A stretch of DNA of 44,360 bases from positions 1 to 44,360 of IMG/VR virus record IMGVR_UViG_3300028588_000037; one strand, written 5' to 3'. Source of the stretch: a virus. Taxonomy: Duplodnaviria; Caudoviricetes. The notes under the pieces were generated by a model. It was not told the origin of the DNA. It searched no databases and was given only the letters and a program-made list of their open reading frames with translations. Within the stretch, counting starts at the first letter, position 1; each line of letters starts with the position of its first letter. Shown here in pieces: positions 9,222 through 17,309 of this stretch. The translations under genes were made by a program, and so were the position numbers.

Positions 9222-9690
9222 GGCAGCAGGTGCATCCAAGGCTGGATGCGTCTTGGAAAGGGGGTAACGAAACGCGACCCCCTTTCCAAGATCACGTGGG
9301 GTAGCCAAGAGCGCCTCACCAGGTGGAGCGGACGACACCAGAAAAAACGTGCAGGGGCATGAGATCGGCCCACACCGCGAAAAGACCGGCCGCACCGCCG
9401 AACACCAGGGCACAGCACGAACAAGGCGCAGAGGGGGCCTTGCCGAGGCCTGGGAGCACAGGCCAGAGCGAACAGAGGTACAGAGTTGGAATGCTTGGCC
9501 CGTCCGGCAGGCGCATTCAAGGGAGTGCGCCAATCGGAAGGGCGAGGGGGCGGCCTGGGCGTGCCGTAGCGGATTGACCACCCGTGAATACGTCACTTTC
9601 GATAGCAGTTTTTGCTGAATTTTGCTCAGGGGGCCAGGAACATCAACCCCCTATACCACAGAGGCTGAGGGGTCCAACCAACCCCTCTAA
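9222..9690 (+). ncRNA. Candidate large structured ncRNA (alternatively a structured replication origin)
   Basis: About 470-nt gap with no credible ORF; at least 8 stems including a perfect 15-bp inverted repeat (9251-9265/9277-9291); G-U pairs favour the + strand. Confidence 0.5.
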
Positions 9691-9939
9691 ATGACGACTA
9701 TGGCTCAACGAAAAGTGACCGAAACACAGCGCGCGCTGCCACCGAAGATCGAGAAGCGCCTGGCCGACCTGGCGCAGCTGGGCGAGTTCGACCAGGGCGA
9801 CGTGAACCACTGCCGCCGCTCGTACTGGGGCGCGCGTGACGACTGGCACCAGATCCTGATCGACTGCTATGCCGCCGCGCTGGCCCGCCAGCAGCACCAG
9901 CAAGACCACCAGCCCGCCCGGACCACCGGACGGCCGTAA
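9691..9939 (+). CDS. Hypothetical protein
   Basis: ORF in operon orientation directly before ninG; start at 9691 or 9700. Confidence 0.6.
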   Translation: MTTMAQRKVTETQRALPPKIEKRLADLAQLGEFDQGDVNHCRRSYWGARDDWHQILIDCYAAALARQQHQQDHQPARTTGRP

Positions 9940-9959
9940 CAACGAAAGGGAAAGTACGA

Positions 9960-10628
9960 ATGCAGCAAACGCCTCTCACTCGCAAGACACCTATGCGCCG
10001 CACCGGCATCAAGCCGAAGGCGCCAGCAGCTGGCGCTGGCGCTCTCCGCGTCAAGGCAGCGCAGCGCCAGGCGCGCAAGCGCAAATGCGCGGTCAAAGGG
10101 TGCTCGACACGGTTTCAGCCGAGGAGCATCTCGCACAAGGTCTGTGGCGCCGATTGCGCGGCCGTCTTCGCCGTGGCCGAGCGCAAGCGGCTGGATGCCA
10201 AGCAGACGAAGGCAAGGAAGCTGGCGCTGAAGACCCTGCCGGACTGGACCAAGGATGTGCAGCGCGTGTTCAACGCGTACATCCGCGCGCGCGACCACGA
10301 CAAGCCTTGCATCTGCTGCGGCCGCACGTCGAGCAAGCAGTTCCTGACCGGGTCGAACTGGGACTGCGGCCATTACCGCAGCACCGGCAGCGCACCACAC
10401 CTGCGCTTCGACGAGCGGAACGCGCACCGCCAGCTGGTCGTGTGCAACCGGCATGGTGCTGGTCGCGCTGTCGACTACCGGCGCGGCCTGATCGAACGCA
10501 TTGGTCTGGAAGCCGTAGAGGCGCTCGAAGCTGACCAGGCGCCGCGCCGCCTCACCATCGAAGATTTGAAGCGCATGAAGGTCGAGTACTCTGCCAAACT
10601 GCGTGCATTGAAGGGGAAAACGTCTTGA
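9960..10628 (+). CDS. ninG: NinG/Rap recombination endonuclease
   Basis: QRVFNAYIRARD..PCICCG...WDCGHYRSTGSAPHLRFDERNAHRQ...YRRGLIERIG. Confidence 0.92.
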   Translation: MQQTPLTRKTPMRRTGIKPKAPAAGAGALRVKAAQRQARKRKCAVKGCSTRFQPRSISHKVCGADCAAVFAVAERKRLDAKQTKARKLALKTLPDWTKDVQRVFNAYIRARDHDKPCICCGRTSSKQFLTGSNWDCGHYRSTGSAPHLRFDERNAHRQLVVCNRHGAGRAVDYRRGLIERIGLEAVEALEADQAPRRLTIEDLKRMKVEYSAKLRALKGKTS

Positions 10629-11128
10629 AAGAGCAACGCACCAAGATCACCTTGAACTGGCGCCCGGCTGGTGCGCCGGCTCGCCGACATGATGACTTTG
10701 CCGAGGTCGAGTTCGCTGCACCAGCACCAGCACCCGAGCCGCCCGCGGTGGACCGCAGCGCCATTGCCGAGCGACTGGAGAACTGGGGCCGATGGTGCCG
10801 GTCCAGCGATGGCGCAATGGCGGCCGCCAGCATGACGGGCGCAATCTGCGAATCCATGCTCAGGTGGGCCGGGGGAGGCGAGCCGCGCACCGCCAGAACC
10901 GGTCCGGCGATCGATTCCAACGATGCGGCGCTGCTCGGCCGGGCGATGGTGAGGCTTACACTCGACCAGCGCCGCCTGCTGGGGCTGCTCTATGTCGACG
11001 AAAAGCGGAAGGGCTTCATCGCGGCGCTGCTCCGGATTCTTCCGCGAGAGTTCGACCGGCACCTGGCCGCAGCCCAGGATGCGATCAGCATTGCAATTTC
11101 CGTGTGTCAAAATTCCAACAGTAAATAA
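10625..11128 (+). CDS. Late antitermination protein Q-like
   Basis: ERLENWGRW motif, C-terminal HTH, follows ninG and precedes a promoter plus strong terminator. Confidence 0.72.
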   Translation: MKEQRTKITLNWRPAGAPARRHDDFAEVEFAAPAPAPEPPAVDRSAIAERLENWGRWCRSSDGAMAAASMTGAICESMLRWAGGGEPRTARTGPAIDSNDAALLGRAMVRLTLDQRRLLGLLYVDEKRKGFIAALLRILPREFDRHLAAAQDAISIAISVCQNSNSK

Positions 11129-11175
11129 TTCCACCGTTAAATTTCCAACGAGAATATAATTCAGCTCTACAGTAC
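11111..11175 (+). promoter_or_regulatory. Late promoter pR'/qut-like region
   Basis: TATAAT at 11155-11160; three A(A/T)TTCCA(A/C)C repeats (11111, 11127, 11141); TACAGT -10-like element at 11168. Confidence 0.55.
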
Positions 11176-11220
11176 AGAATGCATGGCGGTTCCCGTTGGG
11201 AGCCACCAGCACGTCCAGCG

Positions 11221-11257
11221 AAGCCCGCACCGAAAGGTCAGCGGGCTTTTTTGTTTT
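11221..11257 (+). terminator. tR'-like intrinsic terminator
   Basis: aagcccgc-acc-gaaa-ggt-ca-gcgggctt followed by ttttgtttt. Confidence 0.85.
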
Positions 11258-11450
11258 AGCGCTGTGGCAAAGGTTCGGCTAGCGCCGACGCAATTCCAAG
11301 AATTAGCGCCTTAATATACGCAGCGTCTCGCGCCCCAGCAGTTTCAGTATCAGGCCCCGATTGAGGCCCGCCGAGTTTTACTGTGCCGCTTTGGATGCCT
11401 ACCTGGACAATTTCAGTTGCTTTAATGCGTGCTTGAGCTTGGCTTAACAA
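11256..11450 (-). CDS. 64-aa hypothetical moron protein downstream of mqsA
   Basis: TTG start with AGGAG RBS; lower GC; ends at the terminator. Confidence 0.6.
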   Translation of the reverse strand: MLSQAQARIKATEIVQVGIQSGTVKLGGPQSGPDTETAGARDAAYIKALILGIASALAEPLPQR

Positions 11451-11525
11451 AACTATCTCCTAGTCAAAGTGTGGGTTTCAAATTTAACACGTAATCTTGG
11501 CGCGGGCCGGTCGTGTAATGATCGG

Positions 11526-11960
11526 TCAACTGGCCAGTGCGTAATCGCTGTCATTCCCCATCGACCGAACCTCTTCCATCAGTTCCGGGTGCCGATCCAG
11601 CAGCGCCAGCAGCTTGACCAGTGATACAGGCGGCTCGGCCTTGCCGGTTTCGTACCGCGAGAACGCATTGACGCCGCCACCGAAGATGGCGCCAGCCTGG
11701 CGCTGGTCCAAGTCGAGTTTCTTGCGAACGCTGCGGATGAACTCCGGGGCGGCAGCGGCCGCATTCACCTGTTTGATGAATGCCTGAACGGCCGCGCCAT
11801 AACGGTCGCCGGCCTCACGGGTGAACACCGCGTCGCCGCACGCATCGCAGTAATCCCCCTCGACGCCGTGAATGGTGGTGGTCTGGCCTTTGTAGGTGTA
11901 AGGCAGGTCCCGCGTCTCATGGACGATGGACGCTGCCCCGCAGGTGGGGCAGTTCTTCAT
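11526..11960 (-). CDS. mqsA: Type II antitoxin MqsA (Zn ribbon and HTH)
   Basis: CPTC...YTYKG...CDAC; IRSVRKKLDLDQRQAGAIFGGGVNAFSRYETGK. Confidence 0.95.
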   Translation of the reverse strand: MKNCPTCGAASIVHETRDLPYTYKGQTTTIHGVEGDYCDACGDAVFTREAGDRYGAAVQAFIKQVNAAAAAPEFIRSVRKKLDLDQRQAGAIFGGGVNAFSRYETGKAEPPVSLVKLLALLDRHPELMEEVRSMGNDSDYALAS

Positions 11961-11961
11961 T

Positions 11962-12264
11962 TCATAGCTCCTTGAAGGACACGATCAGCAGGTCGTCTAC
12001 TACGGTCAGTTTCACATACAGCGCGATGCCGTCGGTGGTTTTGCCGTGGTACACGTCCTGCCAGACGCGGTGATCGTTGTGGGTAGTCATGCTCTTGTAG
12101 AAGTCAGCTTGGGTCAGACCCTTCACGACTTCGCACATCTCGGCGAGGGTGCTGATACCGACCAGAGCGGCGCCGTCGTAGGCAACGCGGGTGGCGCGGA
12201 CTTTGTCGGCCTCGATCAGGGCTTTGACTTTCGACAGTTTGCAGTGGGCGGTTTGCTTTTCCAT
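11962..12264 (-). CDS. mqsR: Type II toxin, mRNA interferase MqsR
   Basis: MEK..H..L..VK...DFYKSMTT..DHRVWQDVY...YVKLTV..DLLIVSFKE. Confidence 0.95.
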   Translation of the reverse strand: MEKQTAHCKLSKVKALIEADKVRATRVAYDGAALVGISTLAEMCEVVKGLTQADFYKSMTTHNDHRVWQDVYHGKTTDGIALYVKLTVVDDLLIVSFKEL

Positions 12265-12271
12265 GTGAAGA

Positions 12272-12308
12272 AGTATACACCTATTAGGTTAATTAACCAA
12301 GTAGGTTA
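12272..12308 (-). promoter_or_regulatory. mqsRA promoter with two MqsA operator palindromes
   Basis: ACCTATTAGGT (12279-12289) and TAACCAAGTAGGTTA (12294-12308) resemble the ACCT-N-AGGT MqsA operator; TATACT -10 at 12277-12272. Confidence 0.8.
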
Positions 12309-12343
12309 GTGAAAATATTCCTACTATTTTTGATAGGTGCGCC

Positions 12344-12436
12344 ATGCACATCACAGTCGAAGCAGAGCGCGTCTGGCTGATGGTCCTCGTCCAGCTGGAA
12401 CAGAACCGCACTGAGTTCTTGCGGGTGGCATTTTGA
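12344..12436 (+). CDS. 30-aa peptide (not in ORF track)
   Basis: MHITVEAERVWLMVLVQLEQNRTEFLRVAF; AGGTG RBS; TTGA overlap with the next ORF. Confidence 0.45.
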   Translation: MHITVEAERVWLMVLVQLEQNRTEFLRVAF

Positions 12437-12663
12437 GTATCGACCTGCCAACCGTGTACCGCGACCAGATGGTGCGCGCCGTGCTCGGCACCCGCCCGGC
12501 CATGCTGGCCAAGGAAGCCGACACCACTGCACTCAACCGCATGGCCCAGCATATGGCCGAGACCGAAGCGGCCACCGAACTGATGCGCGCCAAGGGCTAC
12601 AGCAAGCACGGCATGACGCTGCTCGACATGGTCAAGGCGTTGCCCCAGGCGAGCAAGCCATGA
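12433..12663 (+). CDS. Hypothetical protein
   Basis: 76 aa, GC3-rich codons, coupled to both neighbours by 4-nt overlaps. Confidence 0.7.
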   Translation: MSIDLPTVYRDQMVRAVLGTRPAMLAKEADTTALNRMAQHMAETEAATELMRAKGYSKHGMTLLDMVKALPQASKP

Positions 12664-12782
12664 CCGCCGCCGCCATCGAGGGTTGCCAGGTGCTGGCTGC
12701 CCTGGTCGTCATCGCGCTGGTGCTGTCCTTGGCGGATCGACGCCGCTATGTGCGGCGCCTGTATAGGATGCGCCGATCATGA
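12660..12782 (+). CDS. 40-aa single-TM peptide with cationic tail (not in ORF track)
   Basis: MTAAAIEGCQVLAALVVIALVLSLADRRRYVRRLYRMRRS; ATGA overlaps on both sides. Confidence 0.6.
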   Translation: MTAAAIEGCQVLAALVVIALVLSLADRRRYVRRLYRMRRS

Positions 12783-12979
12783 GCAATCAGTACTGCGCCT
12801 ATTGCGGTGGAGCGCATCCCACGTCGTTGTGCCCAAGCAGCTACGGCGGGAGCGCCGCACGGTTGAACCTGCATTGCAGTTACTGCGGCAGCGACAAGCA
12901 CAGCACCGCCTACTGTCCGCACACTGCCGGCGGCGACGCTGCCCGCCGCACCAACCCGAACGGCGAATTCTTGGACTGA
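12779..12979 (+). CDS. Tandem CCHC zinc-knuckle protein
   Basis: CAYCGGAHPTSLC (CX2CX3HX4C) and CSYCGSDKHSTAYC (CX2CX4HX4C). Confidence 0.8.
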   Translation: MSNQYCAYCGGAHPTSLCPSSYGGSAARLNLHCSYCGSDKHSTAYCPHTAGGDAARRTNPNGEFLD

Positions 12980-12993
12980 GCTTCGAGCAGGCC

Positions 12994-13386
12994 TCAATCT
13001 TTCGCTTGATACCAGCGTCGGCGAATCGCATGCAACGTCGTTGCGATCTCGGCTTGGACAGCTGGATGGTAGCGATCATTGCCTCGCCAGCTCGCATCCA
13101 GCCTTAAAAGTATGCGTCTGCTCAGGGGCCAGTAATCCTTGAATGAACGAAGCTCATATACGGCTGCGATCTGTCGATCGACATACGTGTCTGGGCCATC
13201 GCCCTGTACCAAGTCCTTTATCAGGCGATGGTACATGTCGAACTGTCGATGTCGAGACTCGCGTGACCGAGTGAGAAGAAACTGTATGACAGCCCAGCCA
13301 AACGTTACCAGCGCCACAAGCGCGGTGATGAGCGGTTGGTATTCCTTTGCGTCCGAAAGAGTGAGATTCATCACAGGCAATGTCAA
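12994..13386 (-). CDS. Membrane-anchored moron protein
   Basis: One TM helix (LITALVALVTFGWAVIQFLL) then a soluble helical domain; lower GC; antisense to the late operon; exact start uncertain. Confidence 0.7.
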   Translation of the reverse strand: MTLPVMNLTLSDAKEYQPLITALVALVTFGWAVIQFLLTRSRESRHRQFDMYHRLIKDLVQGDGPDTYVDRQIAAVYELRSFKDYWPLSRRILLRLDASWRGNDRYHPAVQAEIATTLHAIRRRWYQAKD

Positions 13387-13436
13387 ATGATTACAAGTTT
13401 CAATTATTGCATGCTTGCTGAGGCAAGGAAGAGGCT

Positions 13437-13766
13437 ATGACCATTGAGCGCCTGCGCGGTCGAGCGCTGCAGCGGCAGCGCGAGCGCGTCTGGCTGCGCG
13501 ATCAGGGTGTGTGCGCACGCTGCGGCCACGTCACCACGTTTCCATCCGGCTTCGAGCTCGATCACAAGGTGGCGCTGGCCAACGACGGCACCAACGACGA
13601 CGACAACATGCAGGTCCTGCACCACGAATGCCACGAAGAGAAGACCAACGAGGACCTGGGCTACAGGCCCAAGGTTGCGGTCGGTCTCGATGGCTTTCCA
13701 GTCGAGGCTGAGCCCGGGTCGACCCGACGACGGACCGCGCGATGGAAGCGCGCCGCCCGAGGCTGA
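13437..13766 (+). CDS. Terminase-associated HNH endonuclease
   Basis: RDQGVCARCG...ELDHKVALANDG...NMQVLHHECHEEKT; GAGG RBS; directly upstream of terS. Confidence 0.9.
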   Translation: MTIERLRGRALQRQRERVWLRDQGVCARCGHVTTFPSGFELDHKVALANDGTNDDDNMQVLHHECHEEKTNEDLGYRPKVAVGLDGFPVEAEPGSTRRRTARWKRAARG

Positions 13767-13886
13767 CGCCCCACCCAGGGGGGTAGAAAAGTCTGTCTAG
13801 GTGGCGCGGGAAACCGGCCATGCAGCCTTTTTTTTGCGCGTGCAGGATAGAAAAAACGGGATTTGACGTTTTCGAGGAGTTTTCGC
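13767..13886. other. Probable cos / packaging initiation region
   Basis: Intergenic space between HNH and terS, as in HK97-type cos phages; G-run and T/A tracts; cut site not determinable. Confidence 0.5.
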
Positions 13887-14315
13887 ATGCCCGGACCACC
13901 GAAAAAGGCCGCGGCCCTGAAGGTGATTTCGGGCACGAACCAGCCCTGCCGCGCGGCGCCGCCGCCTGCGGTAGAGCTGCCGCCGATCGTCGCGCCGCCG
14001 GCGCCGCCGAAGTGGCTGAAGAACAAGCACGCCGTCGACGAGTGGAAGCGCCTGGCGCCGATCCTGACGGCCAACAAATTACTCACGGAGGGCGGGCTGT
14101 CCGCGTTCGGACATATGTGCGCGCTGCACGGTGCTGTCACCCAGATGTGGATCGCCAACGAGACCCCGACGGCCAGCATGATCAGCACCCTCCAAAGCAT
14201 GATCAACGACTTCGGCCTGACGCCGGTGGCTCAGGGGAAGGTGAAGCCAAATGGCGACGAGGGTAAAAAAGGCAACAAGTTCGCCGGCAACGGCAAACGA
14301 CCAGGGGCCGCGTGA
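13887..14315 (+). CDS. terS: Terminase small subunit (P27-like)
   Basis: MPGPPKK..ALKVISGT, PPKWL, EWKRLAP.L, FGLTP; GAGGAG RBS. Confidence 0.88.
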   Translation: MPGPPKKAAALKVISGTNQPCRAAPPPAVELPPIVAPPAPPKWLKNKHAVDEWKRLAPILTANKLLTEGGLSAFGHMCALHGAVTQMWIANETPTASMISTLQSMINDFGLTPVAQGKVKPNGDEGKKGNKFAGNGKRPGAA

Positions 14316-16047
14316 TTACATCCAGGTGGCGATCGACTATGCGAAAGCAGCGGTCGCTGACAAGAAGGGCAAGCGGTTTGGCCGCTGGTTCCGGCTGGCG
14401 GCCGAGCGATTTCTGCATGACCTGAAGCGCGCGAAGTACGACCACGCAACCGGCGTCTCGAATGCGACGTCGAAATCGCCATTCAAGTTCGATCCCTGGC
14501 ACGCCTGCGATCCCTGCGACTTCATCGAGAAGCTGCCGCACGTCGAAGGCGAGTGGGACACCGAAAACGTCGTGATGCACGAGTCCCACATCTTCTTCGT
14601 GGTGAACCTGTTCGGCTTTCGCAATCTGGACGGCACCCGCCGCTTCACCACCGCGCTGTTTGCCGTGGCCAGGAAGAACGCGAAATCGTTCCTGTGCTCA
14701 GCCATCCTGCTGTACTGCTTCTGCTGTGAGCACACCAACGGCCCGCAGGTGATCAGCGCCGCGACGACGGGTTCGCAGGCGCGCATCGTGTTCAACACGG
14801 CGAAGAAGATCGTCGACAAGCTGGCGGACCTGCGCGAAAACTTCACGCTGGAGGGCTTCGTCGACTCGATCGCGCGGTACGAAGTCGGTGGATCGTTCAA
14901 GCCGATCAACTCGAAGGCCAGCACGCAGGACGGTTTGAACCCGTCGCACTGCGGTATCGACGAGGTGCACGCGCACAAGAACCACGACCTGCTGAACGTG
15001 CTGAAGTCGGCGGCCGGCGCGCGCAAGAACCCGCTGTTCCTCTATACGACGACCGAGGGCTACACCAACCCGGGCCCGTGGGGCGAGATCCGGCACTTCG
15101 CCAAGCAGCTGCTGCAGGGCCTGGTCCCGGCTGACCACTTCTTGGCCGTGTACTTCGCGGTCGACGACGAAGACAAGAACGCCGGCATCGCCGCCGACGG
15201 CGACTTCGACGAGACGAAGTGGATCAAGGCGAACCCCTTGATGGAGGTGAACCCGCTCCTGATGAAGGAGATCCGCAAAGAGGCGGTCGAGGCCAAGTCC
15301 ATGCCGGGGCGGCACGCCGAATTCAAGATCAAGCGACTGAACCGGCCATCGGCGGCGGCCGGCGGTTGGGTCAACCTGGTGAAGTGGAAGGCCTGCAAAG
15401 GCGCGGTCGACCTGGAGTGGCTGCGGCAGTTTCCGTGCTGGGGCGGCCTGGATCTCGCTAGCACGCGCGACTTGACGTCGTTCCGCCTGGTTTGGGATGT
15501 CAACGGCGTCCTGTACACGTACGGCTGGCGCTTCGTTCCCGGCGAAGCCGTGAAGGGACGCACTGAGCGCGGCTTGGTGCCGTACCACGCCTGGGTCCAG
15601 TCGGGCCACCTGATCGAGACAGCCGGCGAGGTAACGGACTACGACGAAGTGCAGAAATGCATCGTGGCTGCAAAAGCGCGTTTCAACATCCAGATGATCG
15701 GCTACGACTCCTGGAACGCGACGCAGCTGGTGCAGAAGCTGCAGGAACTGAACGTGCCGTTGCAGGAGTTCATCCAGGGCCCGAAGAGCTACCACCCTGC
15801 AATGCAGGCGCTCGAGCTGGCCTATGTCGAGGGCAACCTCGCGCATGGCAGCGACCCGGTGCTGAACTGGTGCGCATCCAATCTGGTTGCGCGCACGGAC
15901 CAGAACCTGAACACGGCGCCGGACAAAAAGCGCTCTCCGGAAAAGATCGACGACATCGTCGCACTGCTGATGGCCATCGGCGTCATGCAGACAGCACCCA
16001 AGAAGCAGCCTTCGGCCTATGCCGAGCGCGGCATCCGTATGATTTAA
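14251..16047 (+). CDS. terL: Terminase large subunit
   Basis: Walker A VARKNAKS, Walker B IDEVHAH, GLDLAS, YDSWNA and KIDDIVALLMA motifs. Confidence 0.96.
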   Translation: MATRVKKATSSPATANDQGPRDYIQVAIDYAKAAVADKKGKRFGRWFRLAAERFLHDLKRAKYDHATGVSNATSKSPFKFDPWHACDPCDFIEKLPHVEGEWDTENVVMHESHIFFVVNLFGFRNLDGTRRFTTALFAVARKNAKSFLCSAILLYCFCCEHTNGPQVISAATTGSQARIVFNTAKKIVDKLADLRENFTLEGFVDSIARYEVGGSFKPINSKASTQDGLNPSHCGIDEVHAHKNHDLLNVLKSAAGARKNPLFLYTTTEGYTNPGPWGEIRHFAKQLLQGLVPADHFLAVYFAVDDEDKNAGIAADGDFDETKWIKANPLMEVNPLLMKEIRKEAVEAKSMPGRHAEFKIKRLNRPSAAAGGWVNLVKWKACKGAVDLEWLRQFPCWGGLDLASTRDLTSFRLVWDVNGVLYTYGWRFVPGEAVKGRTERGLVPYHAWVQSGHLIETAGEVTDYDEVQKCIVAAKARFNIQMIGYDSWNATQLVQKLQELNVPLQEFIQGPKSYHPAMQALELAYVEGNLAHGSDPVLNWCASNLVARTDQNLNTAPDKKRSPEKIDDIVALLMAIGVMQTAPKKQPSAYAERGIRMI

Positions 16048-16055
16048 GGAACCCA

Positions 16056-17309
16056 ATGGGATTATTAGACCGATTCCGCGCGAAAAAAGCCGCGCCGGAG
16101 GCGTCGTCGCGCCCGGCACCTGGCCAGATCTTTGCGTCCCTGACGAGTGCTGATCTGCTGGACTTCATGCGCGGCGGGGAGACATCGAGCGGCGAGTACG
16201 TGACGACGGCCAAAGCACTGGAAAACATGGGCCTGCTGCGCTGCGTGAGCTTGATCTGCGAGTCGATCGGCATGCTGCCGCTGAACCTGGTGGAGCGCGG
16301 CGACGAAAAGGCGTACGCGACGGATCACTCTGTGCACAACGTGCTCAAGAAGAAACCTAACGAGTTCCAGGGTCCATTCAAGTTCAAGAGCACGATGCAG
16401 CTGCGCCTGCTGCTGCACGGCAATGCGTATGCTCGCATCATCTGGCGGGGCAATACGGTCGTCCGCATGATCCCGCTCGATTCGCGCAAGGTCACGCCGA
16501 AGATGAACGACGACTTCACCGTCCGCTACGAATACCACCGGCCGGACGGCAGCATCCTGACTCTCGCTGCGCGTGAAGTGTTCCACCTGGCCGACCTGGC
16601 TGACGATGAGCACGGCCTGATCGGCTTGTCCCGGGTGCAGAAGGCGCGTGAAGCGATCGGCCTGGCCCTACAGGCGCAGAAGGCAGCTGGTCGGATCTTT
16701 AAGAACGGTGTGATGGCGGGCGGGGCGCTGTACCACCCGGCGAAGCTGGACGACCAGCAGTTCAAGAACATCGCAGACAGCCTGGAAAATCGCTACGCCG
16801 GTGCTGACAACGCCCACCGGTGGATGGTTCTCGAAGATGGCATGAAGGCTGAGAAGTGGGCGGACAGCGCCGCCGACTCGCAACATATCGAAAACCGCAA
16901 CCACCAGCTCGAAGAGATTGCTCGCGCCTTCGGCGTGCCGCGGCCTCTGCTCATGATGGACGACACCTCCTGGGGCAGCGGCATCGAGCAACTTGGGATC
17001 TTCTTCATTCAGTACGGCCTGCAGCATTTTTTCAACATCTGGGAAGACGAAATCGCGCTCAAGCTCCTCAACGATCGGGAGCGCGACAAGTACTACGCCA
17101 AATTCAACGAACGCGCGCTGTTGCGCGGCACGTTGAAAGACCAGGCCGAATTTTTCGCGAAAGCATTGGGATCCGGAGGCAGCCAGCCCTGGATGACAGC
17201 AAATGAGGTGCGAGACCTCCAAGAACTCGCGAAATCTCGCGCGCCTGTCGCCGACTCGCTCGAAAGCACGCTCACAAGGAACACGAATGTCCCTGCTCCA
17301 ACTACCTGA
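16056..17309 (+). CDS. Portal protein, HK97 family
   Basis: Start MGLLDRF with AAGGA RBS; CVSLICESIGMLPL, LLLHGNAY, EIARAFGVP, MTANEVR. Confidence 0.95.
   Translation: MGLLDRFRAKKAAPEASSRPAPGQIFASLTSADLLDFMRGGETSSGEYVTTAKALENMGLLRCVSLICESIGMLPLNLVERGDEKAYATDHSVHNVLKKKPNEFQGPFKFKSTMQLRLLLHGNAYARIIWRGNTVVRMIPLDSRKVTPKMNDDFTVRYEYHRPDGSILTLAAREVFHLADLADDEHGLIGLSRVQKAREAIGLALQAQKAAGRIFKNGVMAGGALYHPAKLDDQQFKNIADSLENRYAGADNAHRWMVLEDGMKAEKWADSAADSQHIENRNHQLEEIARAFGVPRPLLMMDDTSWGSGIEQLGIFFIQYGLQHFFNIWEDEIALKLLNDRERDKYYAKFNERALLRGTLKDQAEFFAKALGSGGSQPWMTANEVRDLQELAKSRAPVADSLESTLTRNTNVPAPTT

Noticed and set aside
6463-9596. Long minus-strand ORFs 6463..8007 and 7560..9596
   Set aside because: Antisense shadows of the helicase and primase caused by high-GC codon bias; no motifs
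9323-9618. Plus-strand ORFs 9323..9577 and 9349..9618 inside the structured region
   Set aside because: No coupling to neighbours, Arg/Gly/Pro-rich low-information sequence and no motifs; not formally excluded
15657-16055. N-terminal extension of the portal ORF (likewise the upstream extensions at 8163, 17203, 38747, 39331, 39903 and 40177)
   Set aside because: They overlap upstream genes; downstream ATGs with an RBS or stop/start coupling are better starts
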